Shown: positions 49,445 to 62,984, counted from the whole stretch's first letter. The stretch: 62,984 nt of DNA, filler included, from Octopus bimaculoides (GCF_001194135.2; 5 parts of 4 records of this genome joined end to end with filler, not necessarily neighbours in it); one strand, 5' to 3'. Notes: generated from the sequence alone by a model not told the origin. Numbers and translations: made by a program.

Positions 49445-49737
49445 NNNNNNNNNNNNNNNNNNNNNNNNNNNNNNNNNNNNNNNNNNNNTTAATTAATTAA
49501 NNNNNNNNNNNNNNNNNNNNNNNNNNNNNNNNNNNNNNNNNNNNATAGAAGAACCACTACGGGGCAACTCAAACGATGAAGGAGATCAGACACCATCAAG
49601 AAAAGCGTACCATACAAAATACAAATTTAAAAATCTAAAAAAATCCAAGAGAAAATTTGTAATCCATAAAATCTATCAAATATTAGATTAAAAATTTAAT
49701 TCAGTTTAGTAATTTTATAAAAACGAAAGTGAATAAT

Positions 49738-49843
49738 AGACTACGCGCGTTTCGTGGCCACATAAAAGTGGAAAAGACCTGGGCAATTTACAATAAATCG
49801 TTCAAGATAAATACTACTCAGAATGAGGACACTCTTCAAGTCT
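49738..49843 (-). ncRNA. Type I hammerhead motif (UUGA variant) with a 73-nt stem II insertion
   Basis: Minus strand AGAC-TTGAAGA-GTG-[73 nt]-CAC-GAAAC-GCGC-GT-A-GTCT. Confidence 0.68.
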
Positions 49844-50659
49844 TGTAACTTAAAAAAACGTATCCTAATATTTAAAAATGCAATAAAATAAAATAGGAAT
49901 AAGTAGAAAAAGCTGTACATTAAAGCAATTTTTAGTACAATATACAAAATGTCAAGGTTTTATAATAATAATAATAATCTGTCAAGTTAAAGGCATTAAT
50001 CGTCTAATGAAGAAATACTTTCTGTAGATTAAGAAAAATAAAACATATATAAAGATAATGTTATTAACTATTAAATGAATTCGGATGTTCAATAGTATTA
50101 ATAAAATGAACAACATCACTTATCTTGTCGAAGATTCTTTGTTGACTGTAGTATTACCCATAAGCATAGAATTTATACGATGCGTATCACGTGACAAAAT
50201 GGCGTTTATTCGTGACCACAAATATTAAAATTTCCATGTAGAATTAAAATATGTAAAACACGTGACAATATGGCGTAGAAGGGAGAAGAGGGAAGAAAAA
50301 CTTATTAAATGAAAAAATGACGGAGTATGTATATAGATGGGGAACCAAACAATAGTATGCTGTTAAGTAGAAGGTAAATTAATTATTAAAGTTTAAGTGA
50401 ATGAACTAATAATGTAAATGTATCTAAGGTACGTAAGATATACAATAATATGAGGAAAGGTAATATTTCGGTAAACTTATTATACGTCTCTAAGTAGTTT
50501 GTTTTATTTTTATTCGAACTATGTATTAATAAAAAAAACCTACATACTAACAAGACTATATTCACTATTATGAAGTCATTACAATAGCAAGTATTATAAA
50601 ATAAGGTTTGTATAAATCTTATTCTAAGTATTAATCACAAAGCTAACACAACTAACTGA

Positions 50660-52720
50660 CTAAAACTTGTCAATAGCCTGGACAGACTATAAAAAGGCCT
50701 TTGATAGCCTACCACATAGCTGGATTAGGAAATGTCTAGAAATGTATAAAATAGCTCCTACTCTGCGAAACTTTTTATCTGTAAGTATGAGATCATGGAG
50801 AACCACACTGACTTTGAACAGTGACAATGAATCTCTAAATGTTGGAGATAAAAGAATTTCATGTGGCATTTTCCAGGATGACTCACTACTACCACTCCTC
50901 TTTTGTCTAGCCTTAATACCTCTCTTGAAATTGCTCAATGATGCGCAGTACGGTTATAAAATGTTTGATAAAAATATAAATCATCTCATTTACATGGATG
51001 ATTTAAAGCTCTTTGCAAAAAATGACCAACAACACAAGGGCTTACTAGCAATTATTAAACAATTCAGTGATGACATCAGGATGCAATTTGACCTCGATAA
51101 ATGTGCAAAAGCTACCTTTATCAAAGGAAAAATGACAGAAACATCTAACGTTAACCTTCACCAGCAGAATGTCATAAAAGAGTTGGAACCAGCGGAGAGC
51201 TACAAACACCTAGGGGTATTTGGAGGGGACGGAATCAAACATTCAGTGATGCGGGAAAGAATCAGAAAAGAATGTTATCACAAGGTAAGAGCAATACTCA
51301 AGACAGAGCTGAATGCAAGAAACAAGATCGAAGCGATCAATACTTTAGCCATATCAGTCATGACTTACAGTTTCAATATCATTAACTGGTCAATTACTGA
51401 AATATGTAATCTTGACAGAAAAATACGTAAACTGTTGACAATGCATAGAATGCGCCACCCTAAGGCAGATATAGAATGACTTTATCTGCCAAGAAAAGAG
51501 AGAGGCTGTGGACTTTTACAACTGGCATTAACAATGAAGTTTGCCACAATCGGCCTGGACACTTACCTGAAAAACTCTGATGACTGGATGCTAAAACTTG
51601 TCTCAAAACATGAAAACAAGAAAGCATCATATTCAGTAACAAAACAGACAAAGGAATATTTAAGTGAATTCCAAATACAAATTCCAGAATTTGACGTACT
51701 AGAAACAAGCACAGAAAAAACTAAGCGTATGAAATCCCGTGCTAAAAGTGCTGTCTTAGATATTCTTACAGATAAATGACAAGAAAAACCTCTCAATGGC
51801 AAATACCCAAAGAGAGAGCTAATAATACAGATGTTGACAAAGCCCTTACCCATCAATGGCAAATGGATTCTGGCTTACAATGAGAAAGAGAATGGTTTAT
51901 CATAGCCGCCCAAGATCAATGCTTACCTACAAGAAACTACAAGACCAACATATTAAAGAACGGCAGCTTCCCAACATGTCGTGTATGTCAACAACAAAAT
52001 GAAGCCATTGATCATGTTGTGGCGATGTGCAGTCTTCTAGCGCCTACAGAGTAACTCAACAGGCATGATAGAGCTGCACACTGGGTAATGTGCAAAAACT
52101 TGGACTTGCCCCATGATAAAAGCTGGTGGGAACACAAATCACCTCCAGTGCTTGAAAATGATCACATCTTACTCCTCTGGAACTTCACCATTCAAACTTA
52201 AAGATAGATGCAAATTGGCCAGAAATTATATTGAAAGACTTCAGACAAAAATCGTGCCTCCTCATTGATATGACTGTCCCAATCGATATAAATGTATCTG
52301 TCAAGACTTACTAAAAACTGAGCAAGTATAAAGATCTTGAAATAGAAATTAGCAATGTGTGGAACCTGAAAACTAAAACAATACCTGTTATCATAGGTGC
52401 CCTAGGAATTATAGCAAAAGGGGCTGATTGCTACCTAGCTCAGATACCAGGAAATCCCAAAATGGCAGAAATTCAAAAGATAGTGCTCATGAAAACTGTC
52501 CATATCCTACGTAAAATATTGTCTATGTCATTTCAAATTTTAAAACAAGCACATAAATTTCTTATGACTTCTTAAACATTCTCTAGAACAACACTATGTA
52601 CAAAACCAAATATATGGCAGCCTAAGCATAACACTAACATGAACTTCTAAACTGTTCTCTTTTGAAGTCTGTGGGTGAGATTTGGAGCCAACTTGTACAA
52701 ATGCAAAGCAAAAGTCAAAC

Positions 52721-52722
<2 letters not shown>
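50660..52722 (+). mobile_element. 5'-truncated R4/Dong-clade LINE (RT, CCHC, RLE, 3' UTR) ending in (ATA)n
   Basis: WTDYKKAFDSLPHSWI, GIFQDDSLLPLLFCLAL, HLIYMDDLKLF, YKHLGV, CRVCQQQNEAIDHV, LLIDMTVPID...KYKDL, IPVIIGALG. Confidence 0.93.
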
Positions 52723-52780
<58 letters not shown>

Positions 52781-52812
52781 TAATGATAATAATAATAATA
52801 ATAATAATAATG

Positions 52813-52847
<35 letters not shown>

Positions 52848-52929
52848 CATTATTATTATTATTATTATTATTATAATGAAAGTAATATTAAGGATCCTGA
52901 TAATAGGGGTAGAAATAATGATGATAATG

Positions 52930-52999
<70 letters not shown>

Positions 53000-53000
<1 letters not shown>

Positions 53001-53400
53001 CCAATAATTAATTGTAATTGTAGAGATATAACTAAATGTCCGCTAAATGGGTTGTGTTTAGGAACGAATTTAGTATATAGATCTGTGATAAGAACTAATG
53101 ATGAAACGGTTTATTACCTTGGATGTACTTCTAATGAGTTTAAATCACGATATAATAATCATTGCTCAAATTTTCGTATTAACAAAAAAAGTGAATCTAC
53201 TAAACTTAGCAAATATATATGGGGACTGAAGGAAAAGAACATTGATTATAAAATTGATATGAAAAACCTTACTCCTTTGGTAGTAATAGGTGCAGTTTAT
53301 GTCTAGATGAACTATTTTTGATACTTCCATCAAGACTTAAATTGTTGAATTTGACCTCTAATTTTAATATGAATTGTACCCATAAGTTTAGGAAAAATTA
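53000..53400 (+). mobile_element. Naiad-type PLE GIY-YIG endonuclease fragment
   Basis: CNCRDITKCPLNGLC..LVYRS..YYLGCTSNEFKSRYNNH..STKLSKYIWGLK..RCSLCLDE. Confidence 0.88.
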
Positions 53401-53634
53401 TTAATTTTATAAAGGATAGTTTATAATGTTAATACTAATACACCTCATTAATATATAGGGATAACTGATACTTAGTTTCTAATATTTTTAATAATTTTGA
53501 TATTTTTAATATCTTTAACGTCTGTATTTTTATATTTTTGTTGTTATGTTTTATTTTTATTTTTTGTGCGTAGATATATGTATGTGTGTATTTGTAAGTA
53601 TGTCTATTGTGATATGTATGTATGTATTTATATG

Positions 53635-53850
53635 TGTGTGTCTGTGTTTGTACCTTCGCCATCGCTTGACAACCGATGCTGATGTGTTTATGTCCCCGCA
53701 ACTTAGCAGTTCGGCATATGTGAACGATAGAATAAGTACTAAGCATACAAAGAATAAGTTCTGGGGTTTATTTCTTCGGCTAAAACTCCTTACGGTGGTG
53801 CTCCAGCACGCCTGCAGTCAAATGACTGAAACAAGTAAAAGAATAAAAGA
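53635..53850 (+). mobile_element. SINE family B
   Basis: Homologous to 39410-39620. Confidence 0.8.
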
Positions 53851-54739
53851 ATATATATACATATATGTGTGTGTGTGTGTGTGTGTGTGTATACAACGGT
53901 TGAGTGTCCATCATTGAGAAGACAAAAGTAGGGCGAAATAACGTGATCTGGAGATGGCAGTGATTTATCTACCCTTTAGCGGTATAAACAGGAACGCATT
54001 TTGCACGAGAAGCTAACATGAGAGTTTCTCTCATAGTATCTACCGCAGTATACTTTGTTGTAATAACACATCCATGTTTAAATGGTGATAAATATCACCT
54101 GTCGGGATTAATACTGCCTCTGTCGCTCATATATCTAATACATATANNNNNNNNNNATATATACATATATATATATATCAAAGGTAAAATTCACAACAAA
54201 CGGAAATCGTCAAAACATCACAAGCAGGAAAAGGACGATAGCACAACAGCAAACAAAACAAAACAAGATACACAGATGGATCATTCGCAGCCAATTGCTT
54301 CTTCAGTCGGAGTCTGTAATGTCCACGTAGTTTCGCCCAATCCTCTCCGATACTACTCGAAACTAGTTGGGCCAAGGGTTTAAACTGAAGGCATTAAGCC
54401 CCTGAGCGAGGCAAACGAATGTACATATGCAAACACAAGGAAATACCAAACAGAAAGGGTTTTTCGACTATCGGACGAACGTAACATAAGAAATAGAATC
54501 ATACATATACAATGGACAAGAGCCATTCGGCTATACAACAAAATGAAAAAAAAATAACAGAGTCTTTCCACTGTCAGACAGTGTAGTAAACTAGTACAAG
54601 GAAAAAAGAAATGGAAAAGTCTTACTGACTGGGTGGCGAGACAGACCAGAGCAGATGCGACTGACCTCAAAGGCGGTCAGCCGAAAAAGAATGACAATGC
54701 ATAAGCCGGACAGCGATCACGTGGTAGAGGCGTGGAGGA

Positions 54740-55360
54740 ATTGAAGAAGGAAGAGGGACTAAGAAATATGAGAGAGAGGAAAGAAATCAGAGGGACCAAA
54801 TAATGAGAGGGAGGGATCACAGAACGTGAGGGAGGGGAGAGAGAGAGAGAGAGAAACGAGGCACAAGGGAGGGGAGAGAGAGAGAGAGAAACGAGGCACA
54901 AGGGAGGTGAGGAAGGAAAGCAAAAGAGATTGAGAGATAAGAGGGAGGGGGAAAAGGGATTAAGGAATACGAGAGAGGGAAAAATCAGAGGGACAGAGGA
55001 ACGATGGGGAGAGTGAGAGAGGGAGAGAAAAGAGAGATAGAGGACGAAGGACTAAGGGAGAAAAGAGAGAACGAGAGAGACAGAGAGGGAAAGGGAGAAA
55101 GAGAGAGACATATATATGTGTATGTATGCACACATACGTATATAACTCTGTATGAGCGTATATATGTATATGTGGCTGTCTGTAAATATGTATATGTATG
55201 TGTATATACATGTATATGTATATATGTATATATGAATATATATGTGTGTGTGTATAAGTGTATATGTGTGTATATACGATTGTATATGTATATGTATGTC
55301 TATAAGGATTTATTTATATATATATGCATGTATGTGTATGTATATGTGTATCTGTACGTG

Positions 55361-55393
<33 letters not shown>

Positions 55394-55848
55394 ACGTGTG
55401 TGTATGCCTGTGTGTATGTGTTTATGTATGTAGATATAAAGGTAGATGGGTAACATGGATGTGTGCATGCGTGTGTGTGTTTATGTGTGTCTGTGTGTGG
55501 GTGTATGTGTATGACTATGTATGGATGAACTTCTCAACCAGTTTCTGAATACATAAAATTAAAAAATATATATCAATCCTTACTCCCCGTACATTTATAT
55601 GCGTGTATACATGGGAGTACGTATATACTCGGTATGTGTGTGTGAGTATGTGTGAATGTGCGTACGAGCATACTTTTATGTATAAATGTAAACACATATA
55701 TACATGCATGACTGTGTGCATGTATGCATGTATGCAAGTGCATTAATACGTGTGTTTGTGTGTGTGAACATGTATGGACATATTCATGTATTTGTATGTG
55801 TGCATATATATAAGGTATATTATATAAGTATAAATACGTGTATGTATG

Positions 55849-55880
<32 letters not shown>

Positions 55881-55920
55881 TGTATGTATGTATGTCTATG
55901 TGTGTGGTATATTTCATAAA
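54740..55920. repeat. GA-rich and TG/TA compound microsatellite tract
   Basis: Directly visible. Includes a duplicated GAGAGAAACGAGGCACAAGGGA unit at ~54850 and ~54885. Confidence 0.9.
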
Positions 55921-56673
55921 TCATAAGGTATCAATTGTTCATATATAAATGATGAGGTTAATATTTTACTAAGATAAATAATCTTTAGAATTAATAACAT
56001 GCTTTATTTTTTAGATAAAGTTTTCGTTATGTTATGCTGGAACTTGAGCTGCTTGGAATAGAAAAAAGTGAACACAGAAATTACATTGTTGTTCTATTTC
56101 GATTTCTATTCATTCTATGAAATTAATTTTTTTCCTTCCATTATACATAACAATTTTTTTGTTTTATTTCTTATATATTTTAGCGTTATTAATACTAATA
56201 ACGATTTTAATGATTTAGTTTATAAATATTTTTAAATCGTGTAACTAGGAATTTCGTTGGAATCCCTGAAGGAACTTTTTTACTAAATGCATTGTATTAA
56301 CAATTATTTAATTATGTATTAATTAATTAATTAATTAATTAATTAATTAAAATAGATATACTCTTAGCAATTAAGCAAAAACATATGTCGGAAGATTATT
56401 TATTTATATGGATAAATAAATGAAGGATTATTATATCTGTTTCCATTGTCTACTCTATTACATTTTCTCGGGACCTACTACGTTAAGTATTTTAACTGGA
56501 ATTAATACTATGTTTGGTCAGAACCAGATTTGAGACTGAATTGGTATCTACCTGGACTTGTCTCCCTACTTTATTTTATATATATATAGTTATGTACATA
56601 TATGTATGGATATATGCATATATCTATATATTTATATTATTATATATAAACGTTCATGCATACATACATACAT

Positions 56674-56732
<59 letters not shown>

Positions 56733-56747
56733 GGCATACATACATAC

Positions 56748-56778
<31 letters not shown>

Positions 56779-56829
56779 CATACATACATACATACAGTCT
56801 ATGACGGACCAACGTCCGGCCTACTACCT

Positions 56830-57200
56830 CTCAATTTCAAGGGTATGCGTTTGCAATCCAGGAACAGGAAATATAATGATTTGGAATAGAGAAGAGAAAC
56901 TGTGTAAAGTTGTGGAAATCAGCTGCCCAGAGGCTGTTAAAATAAGCTGAAGACCAGTGTAAAAGAGAATACATACGCTGAACTATTGAGAAATCTGCAG
57001 TTACTCTATCCAGATTAGAAGTTCAGGCTTATACCTGTAATTATTGAGGTCTAATGAGATATGTAACACATTGCCTAAATACCAACCTTAAGAAATTAGG
57101 CTTCTCAAAACTAGAAAGGAGAAAGCTAATTCGAAGACTACAGATCCAAATCCATCACTGGAACTGTAAAAATCTGTAAAACTTTCCGGATGATTATCTT
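56830..57200 (+). mobile_element. R4-type RLE domain 3' fragment (third family)
   Basis: NIMIWNREEKLCKVVEISCP...KENTYAELLRNLQLLYP...IPVII...TGTVKICKTF. Confidence 0.75.
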
Positions 57201-57533
57201 TTAAATACACATGAGCATGTCTACATATGTAACTATATGCATGAGAATACATACATAAAACAAACATACAAATCTGAACACATACACACACATACGTACA
57301 TACATACATACATACATACATACATACGTGCATACATACATACATACAGACAGACAGCCAGACATACATATATACATACATACATACATACATACATACA
57401 TACATACATACATACAAACAAAAATACCCTGTTCTTGATGTTAAAATTCCAATGAAGGAGCCTTGGATCTATTGGCAAGAAATATTGAAATAAAACTGAA
57501 TAATGACATACATACATATGAATGTACATATTC

Positions 57534-57564
<31 letters not shown>

Positions 57565-57729
57565 CATATACATANNNNNNNNNNNNNNNNNNATATATAT
57601 ATATATGAACAATGACATACATACGTATGAATGTACATATTCATATATATATATGTATATACACATATACATATACATATATATGTATGTATGTATATAT
57701 GTACATATATATGTATATATATACATGTA

Positions 57730-57771
<42 letters not shown>

Positions 57772-57889
57772 ATTCACACACACACACACACACACACATT
57801 AAAAATAAGGATAACTCCGAAGTAGCGAAAACATTACCTTTAATTCTATAATTATATGCCACCTTTTAAGACTAACACATGTTTCAATT

Positions 57890-58130
57890 GCACCGATTAG
57901 TAATCGTTGTGTTATAATCCTTGAAATATCGGATTGTTATAACGCCACTTCGGTATACAGTATATTTAGTCAAACCCGTAATGATACGACTATCGCTGAC
58001 CACCTACTACGCACTCCGGTACTTCGCGTATTTCTCTTTACTTATAGTGACGAGGTTATTTCATTCGTCACGTGGGGGATGTACCATTATTATTAATTCC
58101 CCACAGCACGTTGTAATAGCAACCCTACTG
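57890..58130 (+). repeat. Uninterrupted copy of an unclassified interspersed repeat; a second copy on the minus strand is split by the LINE at 37167-38625
   Basis: 57907-58000 is the reverse complement of ~38627-38735, and 58000-58100 is the reverse complement of ~37060-37166. Confidence 0.8.
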
Positions 58131-58324
58131 TAAAACGTTGCAGTCTCTGCAGGATCTTAACTCGATATCCCTCCGTATGGCCGTTTAATGCTTTTCTTTT
58201 ATAAACTCTGCATTGTATGCCTTAGCGATGTCCGTTAAGTCAGACACACAAAAATCTCTATTGGATAATCATTTTCGGTCCATCATTTCAAAACCTTGTA
58301 TAGTTTAAACGATAATTATTCATT

Positions 58325-58850
58325 TATACTTCGCAAATGTGAATTTCTTCATATACAAGCATCTCAATGCTTGCTTTTGTCTGGAAATTATTACATTACC
58401 CTTGGATGTGAAAATCCTGTAAAATTCTTCTAAGTATAGGTCACATCTATTGGTTCCAGGTCTGTATTGTTTTGCAGTAAAAATTAATTCCTATTTAATC
58501 GTACAGTCCTTGTTACTGTCCTTAAAAGACCAGATAAATTTGCTAAGACTCGTTTTGAACCTTTTATTTTTGTATTTAAATGAACTCAAATGATTTGCCA
58601 GTCTCCTCTTGAAAATTAATGATGTCCCACCGATGTAAAAAAAGTCTTTACCCTCGGATATACCTATACATCTATATATTACATTTTAACTTTTACACTT
58701 ATTTTCCACATAACAGGATTCTCGTTTAGAACAATTATAAAGATAGCCTTTTATATTTCCCACAGATTTAGTTATAATCTGATCGTTCATTGTAGAATTA
58801 AAGTCATTTCCACCAAGTTCTTTATTACTCTTTTCTCTTTTTGATAACGT
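58325..58850 (-). mobile_element. Naiad-type PLE GIY-YIG fragment (third family)
   Basis: NCSKRESCYVENKCKS*NVIYRC..FYIGGTSLIFKRRLANH..TSLSKFIWSFKD..RCDLYLEE. Confidence 0.8.
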
Positions 58851-59264
58851 TACCTTTGTTCTATTTCTAGTATTTCTTGTGTATACAGTTAGATATACGA
58901 CTGCTACTGTTAGGTTTAGCGACCCACGTAGAGTATCATTATCCAATTTACTTCCAGTACAGTGGTGTACACACACACACACACATACGCATGCGCACAC
59001 ATACCCACGCACACATATACACATACACAAGCACACACGTACACACACACAGGTGCACGCTCACGCACACTACACGCGTGCATATACTGAGTATGCCTAT
59101 CTTCATTGGGAAAGACAAAACGCTGCACAAAAGCATGATTATACATAACTATATTTCATTCAACGTTGCACTATGCGCATCTAATTAATTTATTCCATTC
59201 AGTTTGACAAAGCGTTTCACGCATCATCAAATGTATCATCCCTTAGTAGGCATGAAGAAGTGAA

Positions 59265-59560
59265 GGGTGGTGGCTTAGTGACTGGGTTATTTGGCACACG
59301 ATCTTAAGGTCGAGAGTTCGATTTCCAGTGGCGTGCTGTCTCTTTGAGCTTGATACTTTAGTTCATTTGCTCCAGCTGGCAAAAGTGAGTAGTACCTGTA
59401 CTTCCATGGGCAGAGCTTTTCATATTCTGTATCACACTGAATCTCTCTGAGGTCTACATTAAGGGTACTCGTTTCTGTGGGTACACGGCCATTTTCACGT
59501 TAATTTCATGAGCTGGTTGGTCCGTCGATCCGATCAGCTGGAACTCTCGTTGCTGTAACC
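59265..59560 (+). mobile_element. tRNA-headed SINE
   Basis: GTGGCTTAGTGACTGG (A box-like) and GAGAGTTCGATTTCC (B box-like). The body shares the AAGGGTAC..GT.TCTGTGG module with 33285-33860. Confidence 0.6.
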
Positions 59561-59719
59561 GACGGAGCGCCACGTTTACAGTATGAACTACGCAGTACCG
59601 TTATTCATAGTCTAGTGGTGTGCTTATGCCCATATTGTCCAGCAAATTGTCTTTCCATATCCGAATGTACACGAACATCTTAAACATGAATGTTCATAAC
59701 TATATATATATTTTTTTTT

Positions 59720-60057
59720 TTTGAGACCACCTTCGGTCATGACAGACCATGGGATTGCACCTAGAAAATTACCCTCACAGGTACAAGTCCGGGCAAGGTT
59801 GTTTTTTATTGAAGACCAGCAGTCGCCAAGGCATACCGGCCTCCCCTCTCCACGCCACCAGTGTTATCCAAGGGAAAGGCAAAGACCGACACAGCTTGGC
59901 ACCTGTGACGTCGCAACTCATTTCTACAGCTGAGTGAACTGGAGCAACGTGAAATAAAGTCTCTTGCTCAAGAGCACAACACGTAACCCGGTCCAGGATT
60001 CGAACTCACAACCCCACGATTGTAAGCTCGACACTCTAACCACTGAGCCATGCGCGT
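59720..60057 (-). mobile_element. tRNA-headed SINE with a CORE/MIR-like central block
   Basis: CATTTCTACAGCTGAGTGAACTGGAGC...TCTTGCTCAAGAGCACAAC...GGATTCGAAC resembles the MIR core. Minus-strand head GCATGGCTCAGTGGTTAGAG...GAGTTCGAATCC. Confidence 0.7.
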
Positions 60058-60084
60058 TCACACACACACACACGCACACACACA

Positions 60085-60120
<36 letters not shown>

Positions 60121-60460
60121 NNNNNNNNNNNNNNNNNNNNNNNNNNNNNNNNNNNNNNNNNNNNNNNNNNNNNNNNNNNNNNNNNNNNNNNNNNNNNNNN
60201 NNNNNNNNNNNNNNNNNNNNNNNNNNNNNNNNNNNNNNNNNNNNNNNNNNNNNNNNNNNNNNNNNNNNNNNNNNNNNNNNNNNNNNNNNNNNNNNNNNNN
60301 NNNNNNNNNNNNNNNNNNNNNNNNNNNNNNNNNNNNNNNNNNNNNNNNNNNNNNNNNNNNNNNNNNNNNNNNNNNNNNNNNNNNNNNNNNNNNNNNNNNN
60401 NNNNNNNNNNNNNNNNNNNNNNNNNNNNNNNNNNNNNNNNNNNNNNNNNNNNNNNNNNNN

Positions 60461-60500
<40 letters not shown>

Positions 60501-60831
60501 GGCATTCTTGATAAAATTCTTGTAAAAGAGTTTTATCCCTTTTTGAATTTATTTATCAAATATATATATATATATCATATATATAATATATAATATATAA
60601 TATATACACACACAAAGATTCGTATAGATTTTTATCTTCATGTGTCTCTGATGACTGTGCCTGTTCATGAGTATTTAAATATAAGTATGTGCGTGTGTGT
60701 GTTTGTGTGTATGTGAGTCAGTATGTGTGTGTGTATACATATATATATATGCATGTGCGTTTATATGAATATATATATGTGAATGTAGTGTTTATATATT
60801 TTATATGTACACAAATATATGTATATATATG

Positions 60832-60912
<81 letters not shown>

Positions 60913-60931
60913 ATATGTATACACACACACA

Positions 60932-61001
<70 letters not shown>

Positions 61002-61101
61002 NNNNNNNNNNNNNNNNNNNNNNNNNNNNNNNNNNNNNNNNNNNNTTAATTAATTAANNNNNNNNNNNNNNNNNNNNNNNNNNNNNNNNNNNNNNNNNNN
61101 N

Positions 61102-61197
<96 letters not shown>

Positions 61198-61268
61198 TAC
61201 ACACACACATATCGAACAGTGTGAATGAGTGGCCACCATGGCTTTGGTGGATAAATATTCTTTATTCA

Positions 61269-61428
61269 TGGGTTAACAAGGCTACCATTGACTTCATGCG
61301 GAGAGGAATTTCTCAACTGTTATCAAGCTTGTCACATGGAATGCTGGTACTTGTCTTCCATGTGATAGGCTTGAAAATTTTTGAGGAATTTCTCTCGGCA
61401 TGAAACTAATGATAGCCTTGTTAACCCG
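61269..61428. mobile_element. 160-bp MITE with ~47-bp imperfect TIRs and a probable TA target duplication
   Basis: GGGTTAACAAGGCTACCATTGACTTCATGCGGAGAGGAATTTCTCAA versus the reverse complement of the right end GGGTTAACAAGGCTATCATTAGTTTCATGCCGAGAGAAATTCCTCAA. TA follows the right end. Confidence 0.75.
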
Positions 61429-61453
61429 TATGTATATATGTATATATACATAC

Positions 61454-61497
<44 letters not shown>

Positions 61498-61944
61498 GCA
61501 CACACATACACATACATTCACATGTATATCCTGTTACATGGACATTTTTCAATTACGAAAGACATTATCGTATTTAGAAAATTATAATTCTAAGTTAGTT
61601 TTGTTTAATTAAAAATTACTTGAATGAAATATTTCTATTTCCTTTTAAGAGAACATTTAAATTGTTAACATTTCCCTGAAATGAATACAAGCCATAGAGA
61701 ATGTTTTATATGTTGCTGTTGTTGATGTTGTAATTGTTCTGCATTGCTTGGACTTAGAGATAGAGCGCGGTCACTTGAGCAATACTTACAAGAGACCTAC
61801 ATGTACGAAATATGTCAATAGAGCGCTGTACCATTCGTAAGCAGGAAACCAACAAATAAGCAACTAACAACTCGATAGATATAAATGAAGGGAAATGCCA
61901 TTAGCAGATTTTGTTGTTTAAGTCTTCGTGTGTTTGTGAATTTA

Positions 61945-61990
<46 letters not shown>

Positions 61991-62189
61991 TGTGTGCGCG
62001 TGTGTGCGTGTGTGAATAAAAAAATCCTTTCGTAGTTTCAGTCATTGTAGGCTTTAGTTGGAAAAAATCGTCCCCTGTTCTTATTTTTAAAGCCTAGTTC
62101 ACACNNNNNNNNNNNNNNNNNNNNNNNNNNNNNNNNNNNNNNNNNNNNNNNNNNNNNNNNNNNNNNNNNNNNNNNNNNNNNNNNNNNNN

Positions 62190-62228
<39 letters not shown>

Positions 62229-62984
62229 ATACAGAATGGGACAAGAACGCAAAACATCCAGACAGTTAGGTGATACAAGAAAGGGACAAAACATACAGAT
62301 GGACGATACAAAGAAAACACGAACGAGTCATTCGGAGTTTTCTCTCTTCAGTCGAGATCCAGATTATTTTTGCAATTTCGGCTGGTTATTCTCGGTATTG
62401 CTCCAATCTGGATAGCCCCAAGGAAAAACTAAGCTAAGAGCGTTAGATCCTTGGAAGAAAGCAACGAATGTATACAAAAACAAGGACGGAAAAAAACGAA
62501 CAATGATACACAAATACGGTAGGAATAATAACGGGACATAACAACAGATGTCTTTCGACTAAGGACGAATAAAATTAAGCTGGCGTATATAGAAATAAGG
62601 CCTTACAGCCGAGTTACAAGATTTCACAGGCACCCGGAGAAATGTTGCACGCACAACGGCCGCCCCCCAAAAAGAAAGGTCAGGCTTGGCCGAACACCGG
62701 ATACGTGGGAAGAGAAGAGAGAGAGGTAGAGGGACAAAAGAATTAGGGAGGGGTGAGAAAAAAATGACAGGGACACAGTGAAGTGAAAAGTGGAGGGAGA
62801 AGAGAAGGCAAGGAAATGTGAGTGAGGGGGAACGAAAGAACGAAAAGTGGAATGAACGAATAAGGGTGAAGGGGGTAATAGAGCGAAATAGAGTCATACA
62901 AGATATAGAAAAATGTGTACTTACATATAAGAGACAAAGTGTACGGACGCCGCTATATATATATGTATATATATATATATATAT

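Noticed and set aside
59985-60057. tRNA-like sequence
   Set aside because: It is the tRNA-derived head of a SINE, continuous with the SINE body and lacking a complete cloverleaf.

Overview
AT-rich, microsatellite-saturated animal genomic DNA with many assembly gaps. The repeat families look like those of a coleoid cephalopod such as Octopus (inference, not provable here). The only host gene I can support is the 3' part of a prominin (PROM1/CD133-like) gene on the minus strand: three clear exons at 20156-20293, 18167-18382 and 13078-13368, plus a probable fourth exon that runs into the N gap at 15001-15155. The rest is mostly decayed mobile DNA: a near full-length RTE LINE, several R4/Dong-type and one HERO-type RLE LINE remnants, Tx1/L1-type pieces, Penelope-like (Naiad-type) elements, Gypsy LTR fragments, Tc1/mariner remnants, MITEs and tRNA-derived SINEs. 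Two patterns stand out. (1) A family of Tx1-like elements appears to encode ORF1 only (RRM-like + CCHC knuckle + an extra C-terminal domain). It ends in the same 3' terminus as an ORF2-bearing LINE in the window and sits in head-to-tail arrays. (2) There is a dense and diverse set of type I hammerhead ribozyme motifs. Five have complete cores, one of them with a one-nucleotide irregularity present in two copies, and several carry long structured insertions in stem II. All calls come from manual reading and translation; no database searches or folding software were run.
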